Part shown: positions 1 to 12,183 of the stretch, in pieces
Layout: the number at the start of each line of letters is the position of its first letter
Position numbering within the stretch: the first letter of the stretch is position 1
Assembly: GCF_004010195.1 (NCBI RefSeq)
Contig: NC_057719.1
Span: forward strand, 45,108,539 to 45,145,707
Direction of reading: 5' to 3'
From: Chiloscyllium plagiosum
Lineage: Eukaryota
DNA length: 37,169 bases
Made by a program: the position numbers and the translations under genes
The notes under the pieces: generated by a model
What the model saw: only the letters and a program-made list of their open reading frames with translations
Told to the model about the DNA's origin: nothing
Databases searched by the model: none

Positions 1-455
1 TGCCAGGGTTGGAGGATTTGAGCTATGGGGAGAGGCTGAACAGGCTGGGGCTGTCTTCCCTGGAGCGTCGGAGGCTGAGGGGTGACCTTATAGAGGTTTA
101 CAAAATTATGAGAGATAGGATAAATAGACAAAGTCTTTTCCCTGGGGTCGGGGAGTCCAGAACTAGAGGGCATAGGTTTAGGGTGAGAGGGGAAAGATAT
201 AAAAGAGACCTAAGGGGCAACATTTTCATGCTGAGGGTGGTACGTTATGGAATGAGCTGCCAGAAGATGTGGTGGAGGTTGGTCCAATTGCAACATTTTA
301 AGAGGCATTTGGATGGGTATATGAATAGGAAGGGTTTGGAGGGATATGGGCCAGGTGCTGGCAGGTGGGATTAGATTGGGTTGGGATATCTAGTCGGCAT
401 GGACGGGTTGGACCGAAGGGTCTGTTTCCATGTTGTACATTTCTATGACTCTATA
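1..455 (+). mobile_element. CR1-type LINE, 3' end (ORF2 C-terminus and 3'UTR)
   Basis: ORF 9-374 LSYGERLNRLGLSSLERRRLRGDLIEVYKIM...RTRGH is the typical CR1 ORF2 C-terminus; ends in a TCTATGACTCTA tail at about 442-453. Confidence 0.9.
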
Positions 456-456
456 A

Positions 457-935
457 CAGTGGACCCAAAAATAGATCCTTGTAGCACCCCATTAGTAATT
501 GAACTCCAGGTTGAATGTTTCCAGTCAACCACCACCCTCTGTCTTCTTTCAGCTAGCCAATTTCTGTCCCATGCCTCCGTATTGTCTGCAATAGTTTATG
601 GTGGGGAACCTTATCAAACCCCTTACTGAAATCCCTATACACCACATCAACTGCTTTACTCTCATCCACCTGTTTGATCACCTTCTCAAAAAACTCAATA
701 AGGTTTGTGAGGCATGACCTACCCTTCAAAAAACCGTGTTGGCTATCCGTAATCAACTTATTTTTTTCTAGATAATGATAAATCCTATCTCTTATAACCC
801 TTTCCAACACTTTCCACACAATCAAAGTAAGGCTTACAGGTTGATAATTACCAAGGTTATTTCTACTCCCCTTCTTGAACAGGAGAACAACATTTGCTAT
901 CCTCCAGTCTTGTGGCACCATTCTTATAGACAGTG
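457..935 (-). mobile_element. CR1-type LINE reverse transcriptase fragment
   Basis: ORF 553-921 VPQDWRIANVVLLFKKG...SQHGFLKGRSCLTNLIEFFE...DFSKGFDKVPH shows CR1 RT motifs; truncated on both sides. Confidence 0.9.
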
Positions 936-1011
936 ACTCCCAGGGGTGAAGGGAGTCTCACTGTAGTTAGCCATGTTGACCTGGAAAACTTGACTGGTTA
1001 TCCTTTTCGTG

Positions 1012-1448
1012 CTCATTCATGGGATCTGGGTGTCACTGGTAATGCCAGCATTATTGCCCATTCCTAATCACTTGATGAAGGAGCGTCACTCCGAAAGCTA
1101 GTGTGCTTCCAATTAAACCTGTTGGACTATAACCTGGTGTTGTGATTTTTAACTTAGCTCAAATTGAATAGCTTTCTGGGCCATTTCATATGGTAGTTAA
1201 GAGTGAACCACATGCTATGGAGTCACATGTAGACAAGACTAGGTAAGGACATTAGTGAACCAGATGTGTTTTTAATGACGATTGACAGTGGTTATCTGGT
1301 TATCATAGGCTAGCCTTTAATTACAGATTTTTACTGAATTCAAATTTCACCACCTGCCATAGTAGGATTTGATCCTACGTGCCTGGAGTGTTTATCTGAG
1401 GCTCGGGGTTGCTAGTCCAGTGATATTACTATGACTGCATCACCACCC
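1012..1448 (-). mobile_element. Decayed SINE with LINE-derived tail, interrupted by a PLE fragment at 1073-1155
   Basis: 1012-1070 is the reverse complement of the GGGCAATAA(A)TGCTGGC...ATCCCATGAATGA tail also seen at about 15075-15130 and 20262-20318; the body resembles the + strand copy at 10858-11008 (GTGGTT(G/C)ACTCTTA). Confidence 0.6.
1073..1155 (+). mobile_element. Penelope-like pseudo-LTR fragment with 5'-clipped hammerhead motif
   Basis: TGATGA-A-GGAG-cgtca-CTCC-GAAA-GC...GCTT (1073-1108); the C before TGATGA is missing. The distal TGGACTATAACCTGGTGTTGTGATTTTTAA recurs inverted at about 27013-27044. Confidence 0.7.
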
Positions 1449-2089
1449 AGCTTTGCACTGGATCCTAGAGGGCCCAGGCCTGCTGAGAGTGGCCTGCCCA
1501 GCTACAAACTTACCCTCCTTGGCATGGACATTTCTAGGCTGTAGTGTCGTAGGCTTCGCATCTCCGAAGTTTCCTGAAAGGAATTCCTCTGGGAATCTCA
1601 TCTGTGGTTCCTTTTCGAACTGGATGCCTATTGGCACCATCATTTCATACCTGAGGAGAAGGAACACCTGAAGTGAGTTTGAGGTCCTCGTCTCCTTTTG
1701 CATTACCATTGATGATGAGCACCAATGGCTACAGTAATGGAGTGAAGGTCTGTGCCTATGTTGGACAGTCATTGACAATGCTAGATGTGGCCAAAGTAGA
1801 AGGCAGCCTATCCATGAAGATGCAAGATGCACAAATGTCAGAGTCTGTACCTTACTGATAATATTGGTGAAATCCTCCATCCTTCTATGCAACTTACCAA
1901 GTGTCTCTGAGAAACCTGTCTGATGTTTCTGAGTCTCTGTGCACTTTGAAGCTATTAATGGCTGAGGGCTTTTGGTCTTTTGCCTGGGACTGAGTGGATG
2001 CTTGGTATCCAGTAATCCTCAGTGTCAGAGACCTGCGGCTTCCTTCTTTATCCAAATGCGCTCATGTCAGTGATGATGCTCATCAGGTT

Positions 2090-2403
2090 GAGAGAGTCAT
2101 CGAGATGTACTGCATGGAAACAGAACCTTCGGTCCAACTCGTCTGTGCCAACCAGATATCTAACTTAATTGGTCCCATTTGCCAGCATTTGGCCCATATC
2201 ACCCAATTGCGTTTTAAATATTGTAATTGTACCAGCCTCCACCACTTCCTCTGGCAACTCATTCCATACACACATCACCGTCTGTGTGAAAAGGTTGCCC
2301 TTGATTCCTTTTAAAATCTTTCCCATCTCACCTTAACCTTTTAGTTTCGGACTCCCTCACCCCAGAGGAAAGACTTTGTCTATTCACCTTATCCAAGCTC
2401 CTC
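2090..2403 (-). mobile_element. CR1-type LINE 3' end
   Basis: Reverse complement of the same 3' region as 1-455 (ORF 2083-2271 YGMSCQRKWWRLVQLQ matches ORF 9-374). Confidence 0.85.
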
Positions 2404-3040
2404 GTAAGACCCTAAGACATAGGAACTGAAATTAGCCCATTTGGCTCATTGAGTCTTCTCTGCCATTCAATCAGGGCTGATCGGTTTCTCCATTTCATTC
2501 TGCAGCCTTCTCCCTGAAACCTTTGACCCTCTTAACAAACAAGAACCTATCTGTCTCTCTCTTCAATATACTGAATGACCCCATACACTTCTGTGACAAT
2601 CAGTTCCATAGATTCATCATTCTCTGGCTGAAGAAGTTTCTCATCTCTATTTTAAAGGATCTTCCCTTTACTCCAAGGGATTGTACCCTTAGGCCCTGGT
2701 CTCTCTTGCTATTGGAAACATCTTCCCAACATCCATCTTACCAGGCCTTTCAGTGCTCTGTAAATTTCAGTTAGATCTCTCCTCCTCCTCCTAAACTCCA
2801 TCAAGTATAGGTCCAAAATCTTTGAATGTTCTTCATGTATTTAGACTTTCATTCCTGGGATTATTCTCGTGAACCTCTTTGTGAACTTGCTCCAGGGCCA
2901 ATCCATCCTTCCTGAGATATGGGACCCAAAATTGCTCACAATATTCTAAATGTGATCTGACCAGAGCCTTTTAAAGTCTCAGAAGTTCATCCCTGCTTTT
3001 ATTTTCTAGTCCTCTTGAAATAAATGCCAACATTGCACTT
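2404..3040 (-). mobile_element. CR1-type LINE 3' part, second subfamily
   Basis: Reverse complement resembles the + strand copy at about 26190-26865; begins with a TAAGACCCTAAGACATAGG tail. Confidence 0.8.
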
Positions 3041-3496
3041 CCAGAAGAGTGAAGATCAGGCAAAGCAAAACATTACTTTTTTTGACATCAGTGCTGCCAT
3101 TTTGGGGTCAATATTTCAACTGCCATCCTCTATTAAGGTTACCTCGTTGAACATGCTAGCTTGTTACAGATTAGTTACTGGTTCATTTCCTGCAGCAGAA
3201 CCTGAGACTGTACAAGTGTTAATTGCGCTTTCTAGTGTTCTTTGAAGTTGCAAAGGTTTACAGGATGTGGTGTGGTAAGTGCTGAAGAACTTCAAAGTTT
3301 CTGCCAAAAAACAGTTGCTGTTAAGAAGACTGTGTAGATTGACCTTCCTCATGGAATAGCATGTGAATGGGTAAATGATCAGTGATTCATTTTATAAAAA
3401 AAAGAAGAATGGGTAATGGAAGAGAGACCGAACAAAAATGGAAAGGAGGCAGCACTGAACAGTTTGAGTCAGATACCCATCAGCATTGTCCTAATC

Positions 3497-3655
3497 AAAG
3501 AGGAAGTGAGGATTGCAGATGCTGGAGATCAGAGTCAAAAAGTGCGGTGCTGGAAAGAGCTTTACCCCTGATGAAGAGCTTATTCGAAATGTCGATTCTC
3601 CCGCTCCTCGGATGCTGCCTGCCTCGGTTGTGCTTTTCCAGCGCCACGTTCTTTG
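3497..3655. mobile_element. Fold-back Penelope-like pseudo-LTR insertion with 14-bp TSD
   Basis: Flanks GCATTGTCCTAATC (3483-3496) and GCATAGTCCTAATC (3656-3669); inverted arms GGTGCTGGAAAGAGC (about 3546-3560) and GCTTTTCCAGCGCC (3632-3645). Confidence 0.8.
3568..3593 (+). ncRNA. Minimal hammerhead ribozyme motif (partly decayed)
   Basis: CTGATGA-A-GAG-ctta-TTC-GAAA-T-GTC: both core boxes and the GUC triplet are present; helix II is shortened and the helix III C is changed to T. Confidence 0.5.
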
Positions 3656-3810
3656 GCATAGTCCTAATCTGCCATTTACTGATACTGCTTTTTCATCCCT
3701 TTTACTGACCACTACATTGTTGTCTTTGCGACATACAAAATAAAAAAAAAACACGATGTTCCAAATGAAATTTGCAAATGAATTCTTGTTGCATATAAAG
3801 GTAAACTAAT

Positions 3811-4326
3811 CACCTCTTATATGAAGGGTGTTGTAAAACTTGAAAGGGTTCAGAAAAGATTTACAAGGATATTGCCAGGGTTGGAGGGTTTGACCTAATA
3901 GGGAGAGGCTGAATAGGCTGTGGCTGTTTTCCGTGCAGCATCGGAGGCTGAGGGGTGACCTTATTGAGATTTATAAAATCATGAGGGGCATGGAGATGGT
4001 AAATAGACAAATTATTTTCCCTGACAGGGGGGAGTCCAGAACTAGAGGGCATAGGTTTAGGGTGAGAGGGGAAAGATTTAAAAGGCACTGAAGTGACAAC
4101 CTTTTCACAAAGAGAGTGGTGCGTGTATGGAATGAGCTGCCAGAGGAAGTGGTGGAGGTTGGTACAGATACAACACTTAAAAATCATCTGGATGGATATG
4201 TGAATAGGAAGGGTTTAGAGGGATATGGATCAAGTGCTGGCAAATGGGACTTTTACGATATCTGGTCAGCATGAACGAGTTGAACTGAAGAGTCTGTGTT
4301 TCCTTGCTGTACATCTCTGACTCTAT
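3811..4326 (+). mobile_element. CR1-type LINE 3' end
   Basis: Near-collinear with 1-455 (GGAGAGGCTGAATAGGCTG...TCCAGAACTAGAGGGCATAGG...TCTCTGACTCTA). Confidence 0.9.
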
Positions 4327-4586
4327 TCCCATCATGCTTATCTTCTGTGTGCTTTTGTATACCCCTAGTGCCCTTAAGCAGTGTAACATGAATGGTTGCA
4401 ACAAGACTGCTAAATAATAGTAGTGGACCTTTTGTCATGTGGTTTTGATGCCACATCACGAGTCAAGACAGATTGGTCAAGGAGAAGGCAACAGCAGCAA
4501 TGTCTTCAGGTTTCAACTTCACCTAACACTACTACTTAATGTATATTAATAATAAATACTACATTATATGGTTAACACAGATATAT

Positions 4587-4821
4587 TGTTATGGTCTTTA
4601 TAGTTATTAATCTATTTTCTGTGTTCATGTCCATGTGCTCTTAAAGCTTTCTAAAGTACCAGTCTAGTGTCATCGTGTCTCATCTCATCTCATCTCATGT
4701 AATGTGGGTAATCTGGTCTCGTCTATTTTAACTTTGCCTCCACAATACTATTTATACTCTGGTGTTCCGTTCCATGACATCATCACACGACTGCGCTCAG
4801 ACCTTGAGCCCTTACGTAACA
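4587..4821 (-). mobile_element. LTR (3' LTR of a minus-strand Gypsy-like element)
   Basis: Termini TGTTATG...CGTAACA are a 6/7 inverted repeat; minus-strand GTATAAATA (4749-4757) is TATA-like; a purine tract GGGGAACGG on the minus strand (4822-4830) abuts the TG start like a PPT. Confidence 0.6.
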
Positions 4822-5830
4822 CCGTTCCCCAAGCTTTAGCATCTCATTATAAACATTGATTAACATTTATTTACATTGTAAAATTTGTTACTCAGATTAT
4901 TTATCCGATAACATTTATTGAATATTTTCTTGCCTTACCTGTCCTATCCTTCCCCAAGTCTTTGACTTGATTAATCAGTTTTGATAGGAAAGTCTGTGAC
5001 CATGAGCAGAAACACTTGAGGTCAAGCTGATGATCTTGCGTTTTCTCTGCTGGCTTCTGATTTCAGAGATTCAATACTCTAAAGGACTTGCACTTTTGTA
5101 ACAGAAGGGGTTTATGAAAATTACAAGGTGTTAAGTATTTAACACTATTATTAATGTTGGACATTGCGGTTAGTTCCTCTTGGAAGAAATTAAATAATCC
5201 ATCTTTACATTGCTTTTCATGAAATGAAGCTTCTTGCCTTGTGAAATTGATGTGCTCTTCAAGGTTCTGATCCAAGGCATAAATAGGTTGGGAACAATTT
5301 GATCTATTGCTTGGTATGTTCTTCAGACTGTAGCATGTCATCAGTGACTCAATTTCTACAGTACATTATTGATGGAAGTCTGAACAGTTTTGACTTTGCT
5401 GATGTGGGGTTTTGGAATTCCACCTGTAACAAGATAGTGTAGTATTCAATTCTTTAGGAATTCATGCTGTTGTTGTCACGTTGTGTACTGTTTAGATGAG
5501 AAGCCTGTCTCCTCTGATCAAGTGGTTTATTGTGGTTAAGTAGTCACATGTTCTTCGTTCAATGGAACCTTTGCTGTATGATACCTCTGAAATAGTTTTC
5601 TAGGTTCTATATTCACAGGTATTGGACTAATTATAGATTGAACTCTTTGGATTGAAGAAATTCATTGATCTAAGAGACCAGTGACATTTTTGTTGCAAAT
5701 GAACACGTTGTTTTCTGTAGATGTTTTGTTCAAATGGTACATATAGGTCATTAATGAAATTATCTACAGTCTCTCCTGGAAGCTGATATCTGCTACTGAA
5801 GGGTGATGTCAAAATGGTTTATTTGTTCTT
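4822..5830 (-). mobile_element. Heavily decayed Gypsy-like internal region (gag/pol remnants)
   Basis: ORF 5627-5812 RYQLPGETVDNFINDLY resembles the Gypsy gag RxQxxGESVxxFIxDL motif; same orientation as the adjacent PPT and LTR. Many stops; the extent is uncertain. Confidence 0.45.
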
Positions 5831-7729
5831 GAAATTCTATATTGCCAAAATCTGTTATGAGGAATGAGTATTCATTTCTTATTGATCTGTTCTTTATGTA
5901 ATGCACAATTAGATGTTGTTCCCCTGCAGTAGAGACTTGTGCTAACAACATGTTCTGCATTTCATTTGATATCTGGTCAAAAAGCTGTTCAAAATCTTAG
6001 GAATTGTGCTTTCAATGTCTACCAACTTGCTGATCTATAAATAGATTTGAAAGCTTACATTTATCTCTGAATTTTTTGTATTGCTCAATAATTGATAGTA
6101 TGTGACGTTTTTGATTATTTTCTAGATTAGAAAAATTTTGTTAGGATTTGATCCTGTACTACACTCATTCCTTTGCCTCGTGGTATTTTTAGTTCATTAG
6201 AGTTATTGTGCAATATTTCTTTTTGTAAAGACTGTCGTTAGAATACAAAAATTGAAAGTTGATAAAGTTTATGATGTTTTAAGTGTTTTTCTAAAGTAAA
6301 CTTCAAATATCCCATGACAATATGGTGTCTTCAAAGAGATGAATCTAGATATTCCTTTTGCAAGGTGGTTGCGAAACTTCAGCAGTGTAGCAACTTTGGA
6401 TCTTATTGAATGAAATCATTTTCACAATGAGTTTTTAAAAAATTGTTTTGATGTCTGCCATGATGTAATTTAGGCTGATGTGCTACGTCTGAGAAATTCT
6501 CATCAAATTCGACATCACATATTCAAATTCATCTTCTCCTCCTTTAACTGATTATTCATATGTTAATGAATAAAATCAATAAAAAATCTCTTGGGTGCTA
6601 AGTAAAACTTCGTATTTGTTGTTCAAACCATCAAAATAATAAAGATTTCACTAACTTCGCTGTCGGAGCTTTGATACTTTGAATTGCTGTAACCACTTTT
6701 ATTTCTGCCCTTTTCTTGTCTTTTCAATTCATTTTTCTTAAAGCCTGAACGTGAAGAATATTTTGTTAATTTTGTCATCAAATAATTTGTCTTAACTGTG
6801 CTCCACTGTTTAGTTTTTTTTCAGTCCAAACAAAACCTTTTGACCTGCCCTTAAGGGATTACATTTGCTTTGAGTACCTGGTAATTTGCTTCTTTCCATG
6901 GGTACTCGATTCACATTTATTCCCTTAACTGTTAAGGGGCTTTCATTGCTGTCCCTGCTTCCTTTAAGGGCTTGATTCCCTATTACTAATTGTAAAAGGC
7001 TTTTTGAGACTTGGATTGATTGCTCTGATGGTTTCTCAGGTTTTCTGTTGGGCAATTCTTGCTTCAAAGTGGCGATTCAGCTTTGTGGCTTTTCTGGCTG
7101 CTAGCTTTTCTATCTAGTAATTTCTTGAAAAAAAATTGAATTGTTTTCTCTCAACAATCTTGGGTCAGTTTCTTGACCTTCACTCCTGCCACAATTCTCT
7201 TGGCAGTGTATTCTGCCACTGGCATCATCTTTTCTCATATGGTTTGATGCAACATTTGGGTTTGGACTAGCTTAAGCCGCGAATTGTCTTCAGGCTTAAA
7301 CTTCAATGAAATGCTATTTATTATACACTAATTACTACTATAGATTTTAATCACAGATATTTGGCTCTGATCTTATAACATTGGGTAATGTCTAATTATC
7401 ATCATCATTGTTTGTTCAAGTCTACATGCTCTCAAGACACTCAAGTTCTAGCCTAATCTAGTGTTGACTGATCTAGTTCTGCCCACACTGCTATTTACTC
7501 TCAGAAATGTGTAACACTGTGACCTTATTCACAAGGTTGATCTCGGGTCCTTAAGCCTTTGCACAATAGTGGGCATAGTAGTCTTGGGGGGGAAACAGAG
7601 CAGCTCTGAACCCGGGCTTCAGACTGTGCAACGATATGGGTAGCAGCAGTCTGGACTGCCTGACCGGCAACAACAAGGACAGTGATAGATTCATCCTGAG
7701 AGAGGAAAACTGACTCATGTTTCACATTA

Positions 7730-7850
7730 AAACCTGCAGATGCTGGAAATCTGAACGAAAATAGAAATTACTGGAAAATCTCAGCAGGTCTGGCAGCATC
7801 TGTGGAGAGAAATCAGTTAGCATTTCAGGTCCAGTGACCCTTCCTCAGAA
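7730..7850 (-). mobile_element. Penelope-like pseudo-LTR fragment with decayed hammerhead
   Basis: Minus strand CTGAGGA-A-GGGTC-actg-GACCT-GAAA-TGCT (7819-7848); the cleavage triplet is lost; same family as 30613-31613. Confidence 0.75.
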
Positions 7851-8002
7851 TAATTAAACAGTACATACTGTGGTGTAATACTAGGTGGGAAAAAAAATCT
7901 TTAAAACAGATTCTTTATATTTAAAGACATTTATATTTGAAACAAATTGCAAAAATGCTGAAACGTGCAGCCATTGTGCAATACTATAATTGCAACTCAG
8001 TT

Positions 8003-8330
8003 GGCAACACCTTGAATTTGTTCTTGAAGCGCAATGTTGACATTAATGACTGGGAGGTGCTTGCTACCAATTGCTCAAAATGGCAACAACATGTCTATCA
8101 AACTGCATCATGACTTGAGACCAAATTACGTAATGATGAGGCAAAGCAATCGTGGAGAAAGAAAAGAAAGCTAATCCTGCACTTCAGATCCCACTACCTC
8201 GAGACATCCTGTTCCACGTACTCAAAGATCTGTTGGACAAGAATTGGCCAGTTCAGTCCCATGATGACCCATGGCAGAAACCAGCAACCCTGTGTACATA
8301 TCATCCTCCAATCGAGAGATAGCTGATGAC
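8003..8330 (+). mobile_element. RTE-clade LINE 3' end, decayed
   Basis: Translates to NVDINDWEVLATNCSKWQQHV, then a degenerate C-terminal zinc-finger-like CSTYSKICWTRIGQFSPMMTH, then a short ATCATCCTCCAATCGAGAG...GATGA tail. Confidence 0.65.
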
Positions 8331-8826
8331 TGGATTTCTATTGTAAGTTAGTCAAATTTGAGACATCAGCTAAAACTAATACAATTATGTGTCCTCAACA
8401 GTTGTATGTTCTTTTTAAAAATTCAATAGATATTTTTCTATTACAACCTTTAATTATTAGCACTTTTCAGGGTGAAAGCAAAAGTCTATTTACAAAAGTT
8501 AACAAGAAACTTCTAAATTGCGTTGTGATTGAAATTCTGTGGCAGAGGCCAGTCATGCCATTTTTCCAGGGTTTATGCCAGGGTTGGGGTAGACATTTGG
8601 CAGAAATTCCAGGTGACTACAAACAAAGAAATGCTTTATATGCGATGTGATGTCTGTATTCTAGCTTTGAATATTTGCCTGACAGTCATAGAAGCTTACC
8701 AGCAAAGAAAGAGATCATTCAGCCTATCTTGTCTGAGCTGCCTGTTTGAAAGAATTATGCAATTTGAGCACCCACCCCACCCCCGCCGATCACTTGCTCA
8801 TTTTCATTACAAGCTGCATTTTCATG

Positions 8827-9046
8827 TACAAACAGTTCTTCTATAATGCGATGGTTGTGTTCTTGTGTGACCCTGCGCTACATAAACATTGCATAATGAA
8901 AGCAGCACTTAAAGTTTTGGCAATGCAATCGTGTTATAGCCAACACATTTTCAAAGTTCGCACTTTAGAAACAGCGTCCCCTGTTCATCAATCATATTAT
9001 AGACAATGCGTGTTGACAAAACGTGCATTATAACAGAACGACGTAC
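8827..9046. mobile_element. Tc1/mariner (Tigger-like) MITE
   Basis: TA-flanked imperfect terminal inverted repeats: left TACAAACAGTTCTTCTATAATGC, right reverse complement TACGTCGTTCTGTTATAATGC; no coding capacity. Confidence 0.6.
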
Positions 9047-10857
9047 AAATGGCCAATTTCTTTTTACAGGCTATTAGTGAAGTTTGTTGTCACCACCCTT
9101 TCAGGCTGTACATTGCAGATAATGTGCTTGCTGTGTGTAAATAAAACCTCCTTGGGCAGAAATTCACAGGGATAGATTGTTACCTATGCTAACTTGGTGT
9201 CAAATGGGATTTCCGACCCTGGGTGTCAGTTTCAATGGCACCCGACCTCCATAGAATGCACTGCTGTGACTTCAGGCAGGCCCATTGATGACACCTGATA
9301 GAAATCTAGATCTAGGTAAGTCAGGGAGCTTTTGCTTTTGGATTTTGGGATGGGTATGAGTGGGCTTTGAAATATAAGTGGGTAGGAAAGAATCCTATCC
9401 ACCATTTTAAAAAAAAATCTTAAGTCTCTTTTCTAAAAAAATGATGTATTTACTCATGGTGAGTGGGCTGCCAATATCAGTCCCTCACAACCAACCCCCC
9501 CAACTCTGTTATGGGGTAAATGGGTGAAGTTGCTGGATTACTGCCTGGTATTTTCTGTGGCCTCCTGCCAAAATCATACCCAGCCGAGTCATGTAATCTC
9601 TAGCCATTCATCTCACCACTGATTATTTTACCTATTTTACTGCGTCCACTTCTGACCATCCTTCCTGTGTCAGGTTTCCATAACATCCACGTACCAACTG
9701 GTTGTCATCAACTGGAAAATAACCAAAAGCAAACCAGGAACCAAGATCATTTATTCAGGGGGTTAAAGTTTTCTTTGGAGAAAATTGAAATTATAGAATA
9801 TTCTCCACCCTGTTCAATTTAATATCAAAACTAATTAAATAATTATTGCTGATTTTTGGAGAGGAACAGGCAAATATTTATGCTTTTTATTTTTTTTTCA
9901 CTCCAGTGGACCAGCAGTGTACTGCTCAGTTTGGAAGCTGGTACTTTCTGAGGTGGATTGATTCATTGATAGGCCAATTTGGAAAGATGTCATTGTCCTA
10001 CGTAGAGAGGAATGTTTGCCAAACACCATTCAATAATGGGCATACTCTTTTGAGCATTCACTATGTTAAAATAATTGATTGTGCAATTTCTATAATTTTG
10101 ACATTGTTTGACTATTTTGCTTCTAAGTCTCAAAATTAGTAATCTGAAGAGCTAACATGCTTTGTCACAACAGTTAGTTTATCGATTGTACTAATATTCT
10201 GCAAACAACTCTAACAAAACAGGTATGTAGTTCTAATGCAAACCTTTCAAAACGTTGGAGATTTTCCACTAGGTGTAGGCCCATGTTTCTGTGTTTTCTA
10301 TATTTATGTGAACAACATCCTTTAGTAGGTGTATGTTTTTCAAATGAGTAAACATTTGGTACATTATTAAACTTTTGTGCTTTATTGTAATCTCCTATTT
10401 TAGAGTATCTGTCCCTTTCACAGTTGGAAAAGAGCTGGTCTGTTTCTTAAAGTATCATGCTGAATAATTTTACAAATTTTGTTTTAACATTTTGTTAGGA
10501 ATCTTTGAAATGTTTCTACGGACCACAGCTGGCATTTGACCCAAATGCCTGAGGTGGTGGTTCTGACTCAAACTAACCCAAGCACATTTTTTATACAAAG
10601 GACAGGCTATACTGTAGCTATATTGTACTTGATAATGCTGACATTCATTGTTGCTCAATTTTATAAAATAAAATATGTCTCTTTAACCCCTGCCAGCCAA
10701 GAAATCTATGAAGCATGTGAACTCGGGAGCATAGGAGTGGCATTGAACGATGTCTTTAGGTGACTTGAACTAAGAAATGCTGGATAGATTTCAGAGAACC
10801 CAATTCCTAATTTTTACATGCCAGTCTATTCGATTTCAGCATAATTAGTGGTGTAAT

Positions 10858-11008
10858 GGGACCTGTGGATCCAGAGCAATGTGGTTGACTCTTACTTACC
10901 CTGTGAAATAGCTCAACAAGTGTGATGGTATATGGCAATTGGGCAATGGCAGCAGATGCTGGTCTTGCCAGTGATATCACAGCCTATAAAAGAATTGAAG
11001 AAAAAAAT
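10858..11008 (+). mobile_element. SINE 3' fragment with LINE-derived tail
   Basis: GCAATGTGGTTGACTCTTA...ATGCTGGTCTTGCCAGTGA followed by an A-rich end; related to 1012-1448. Confidence 0.55.
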
Positions 11009-11143
11009 GCAAATTCTGATCTTGTACTTTTTGGTTTTTTTTCTAAATGTTGCTAAGGAGTCTATTAAATTCAGCAACTCTTACAGGCCAGATGCTTTAT
11101 TAATCTTCTTGAAAAACCAAGTGAATTGCTGCTGTGCTGTCAT

Positions 11144-11493
11144 GGGGCAGCGCAGTGCAGCAGTGGTTAGCACTGCTGCCTCACACAGCACTAGGGACCC
11201 GCACTCGATTCCAGCCTCAGGTGACTATCTGTATGGAGTTTGCACATTCTCCCCGTGTCTCTGTGAGTTTCCTCCAGATGCTCCGGTTTCCTCCAACCAT
11301 CCAAAGATTTTCAGGTTAGGTGAGTTGGTCATGCTAAATTGACCATAGTGTTCAGGCATGTGCAGCCTAGGTGGATTAGCCATGGGGAATGCAGGGTTAC
11401 AGGGATAGGATAGGGGGTGGGATACTCTTCAGAGGGTTAGTGCCGACTTAATGGGCTAAATGGTCTGCTTCCATACTGTAAGGATTCTATGAT
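11144..11493 (+). mobile_element. HE1-like tRNA-derived V-SINE, full length
   Basis: tRNA-like head (CAGTGGTTAGCACTGCTGCCTCAC...TCGATTCC), V-domain GGAGTTTGCACATTCTCCCCGTGTCT...CCGGTTTCCTCC, and a CR1-like tail ending GATTCTATGAT. Confidence 0.9.
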
Positions 11494-11567
11494 AGGGCCA
11501 AGGCTACAATGGCTTTAATGTTCCAATTAGATGCCCACGACTATCATTTTGGAACATCTGATTACAT

Positions 11568-11690
11568 GGAGAAAGTGAGGTCTGCAGATGCTGGAGATCA
11601 GAGCTGAAAATGTGTTGCTGCAAAAACGCAGCAGGTCAGGCAGCATCCAAGGAGCAGGAGAATCGACGTTTCGGGCATGAGCCCTTCTTC
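11568..11690 (-). mobile_element. Penelope-like pseudo-LTR insertion with perfect 14-bp TSD
   Basis: ACATCTGATTACAT at 11554-11567 and 11691-11704; minus strand (T)GAAGA-A-GGGC-tcat-GCCC-GAAACGTC hammerhead is clipped at the core. Confidence 0.85.
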
Positions 11691-11807
11691 ACATCTGATT
11701 ACATATTAACTACTGTAGAATTCTTTAAATTGCACTATGTAACTTGTAAAATTGGCTCATTTAAGGCTTCCTGTAAATAATGCTTTTTAAAAATATATAT
11801 TCTAACC

Positions 11808-12183
11808 CAGGAGGGCTTGAGCTATAGGGAGAGGCTGAATAGGCTGAGGCTATTTTTCCTGGAGGCTGACGGGTGACCTTATAAAATCATGCAGGGCATG
11901 GATAGAGTAAATAGATAAGATCTTTTCCCTAGGTTGGGGGAATCCAGAACAAGTGTATAGGTTAGGGTTAGAGAGCAAAGATTTAAAAGGGAGCTAAGGG
12001 GCAAATATTTCATGCAAACAATGGTGTGTGTGAGTGGAATGAGCTGACTGAGAAAGTGGTTGAGGCTGGTACAATTATAGCATTTTTAGGCATTTGAATG
12101 GGTGTATGAATATGAAGAGTTTAGAGGGCTATGGGCCAAGTGCTGGCAAATGGGACTAGATTAATTTAGGATATCTGGTTGGC
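11808..12183 (+). mobile_element. CR1-type LINE 3' end
   Basis: Collinear with 1-400 (GGAGGGCTTGAGCTATAGGGAGAGGCTG...GGATATCTGG). Confidence 0.85.

Noticed and set aside
1440..2080. 150-aa ORF and neighbours as a host gene
   Set aside because: No recognisable domain or splice structure. It may be an old non-LTR remnant, but I cannot assign it.
9070..9315. Candidate exon with TTTTTACAG acceptor and AG|GTAAGT donor
   Set aside because: The donor lies inside what looks like a decayed inverted-repeat element (about 9154-9605), there is no coding signal, and such site pairs are common by chance.
11144..11215. tRNA genes here and at about 26100-26171 and 27106-27175
   Set aside because: They are SINE heads that continue into a V-domain and LINE-like tail and do not form complete cloverleaves.
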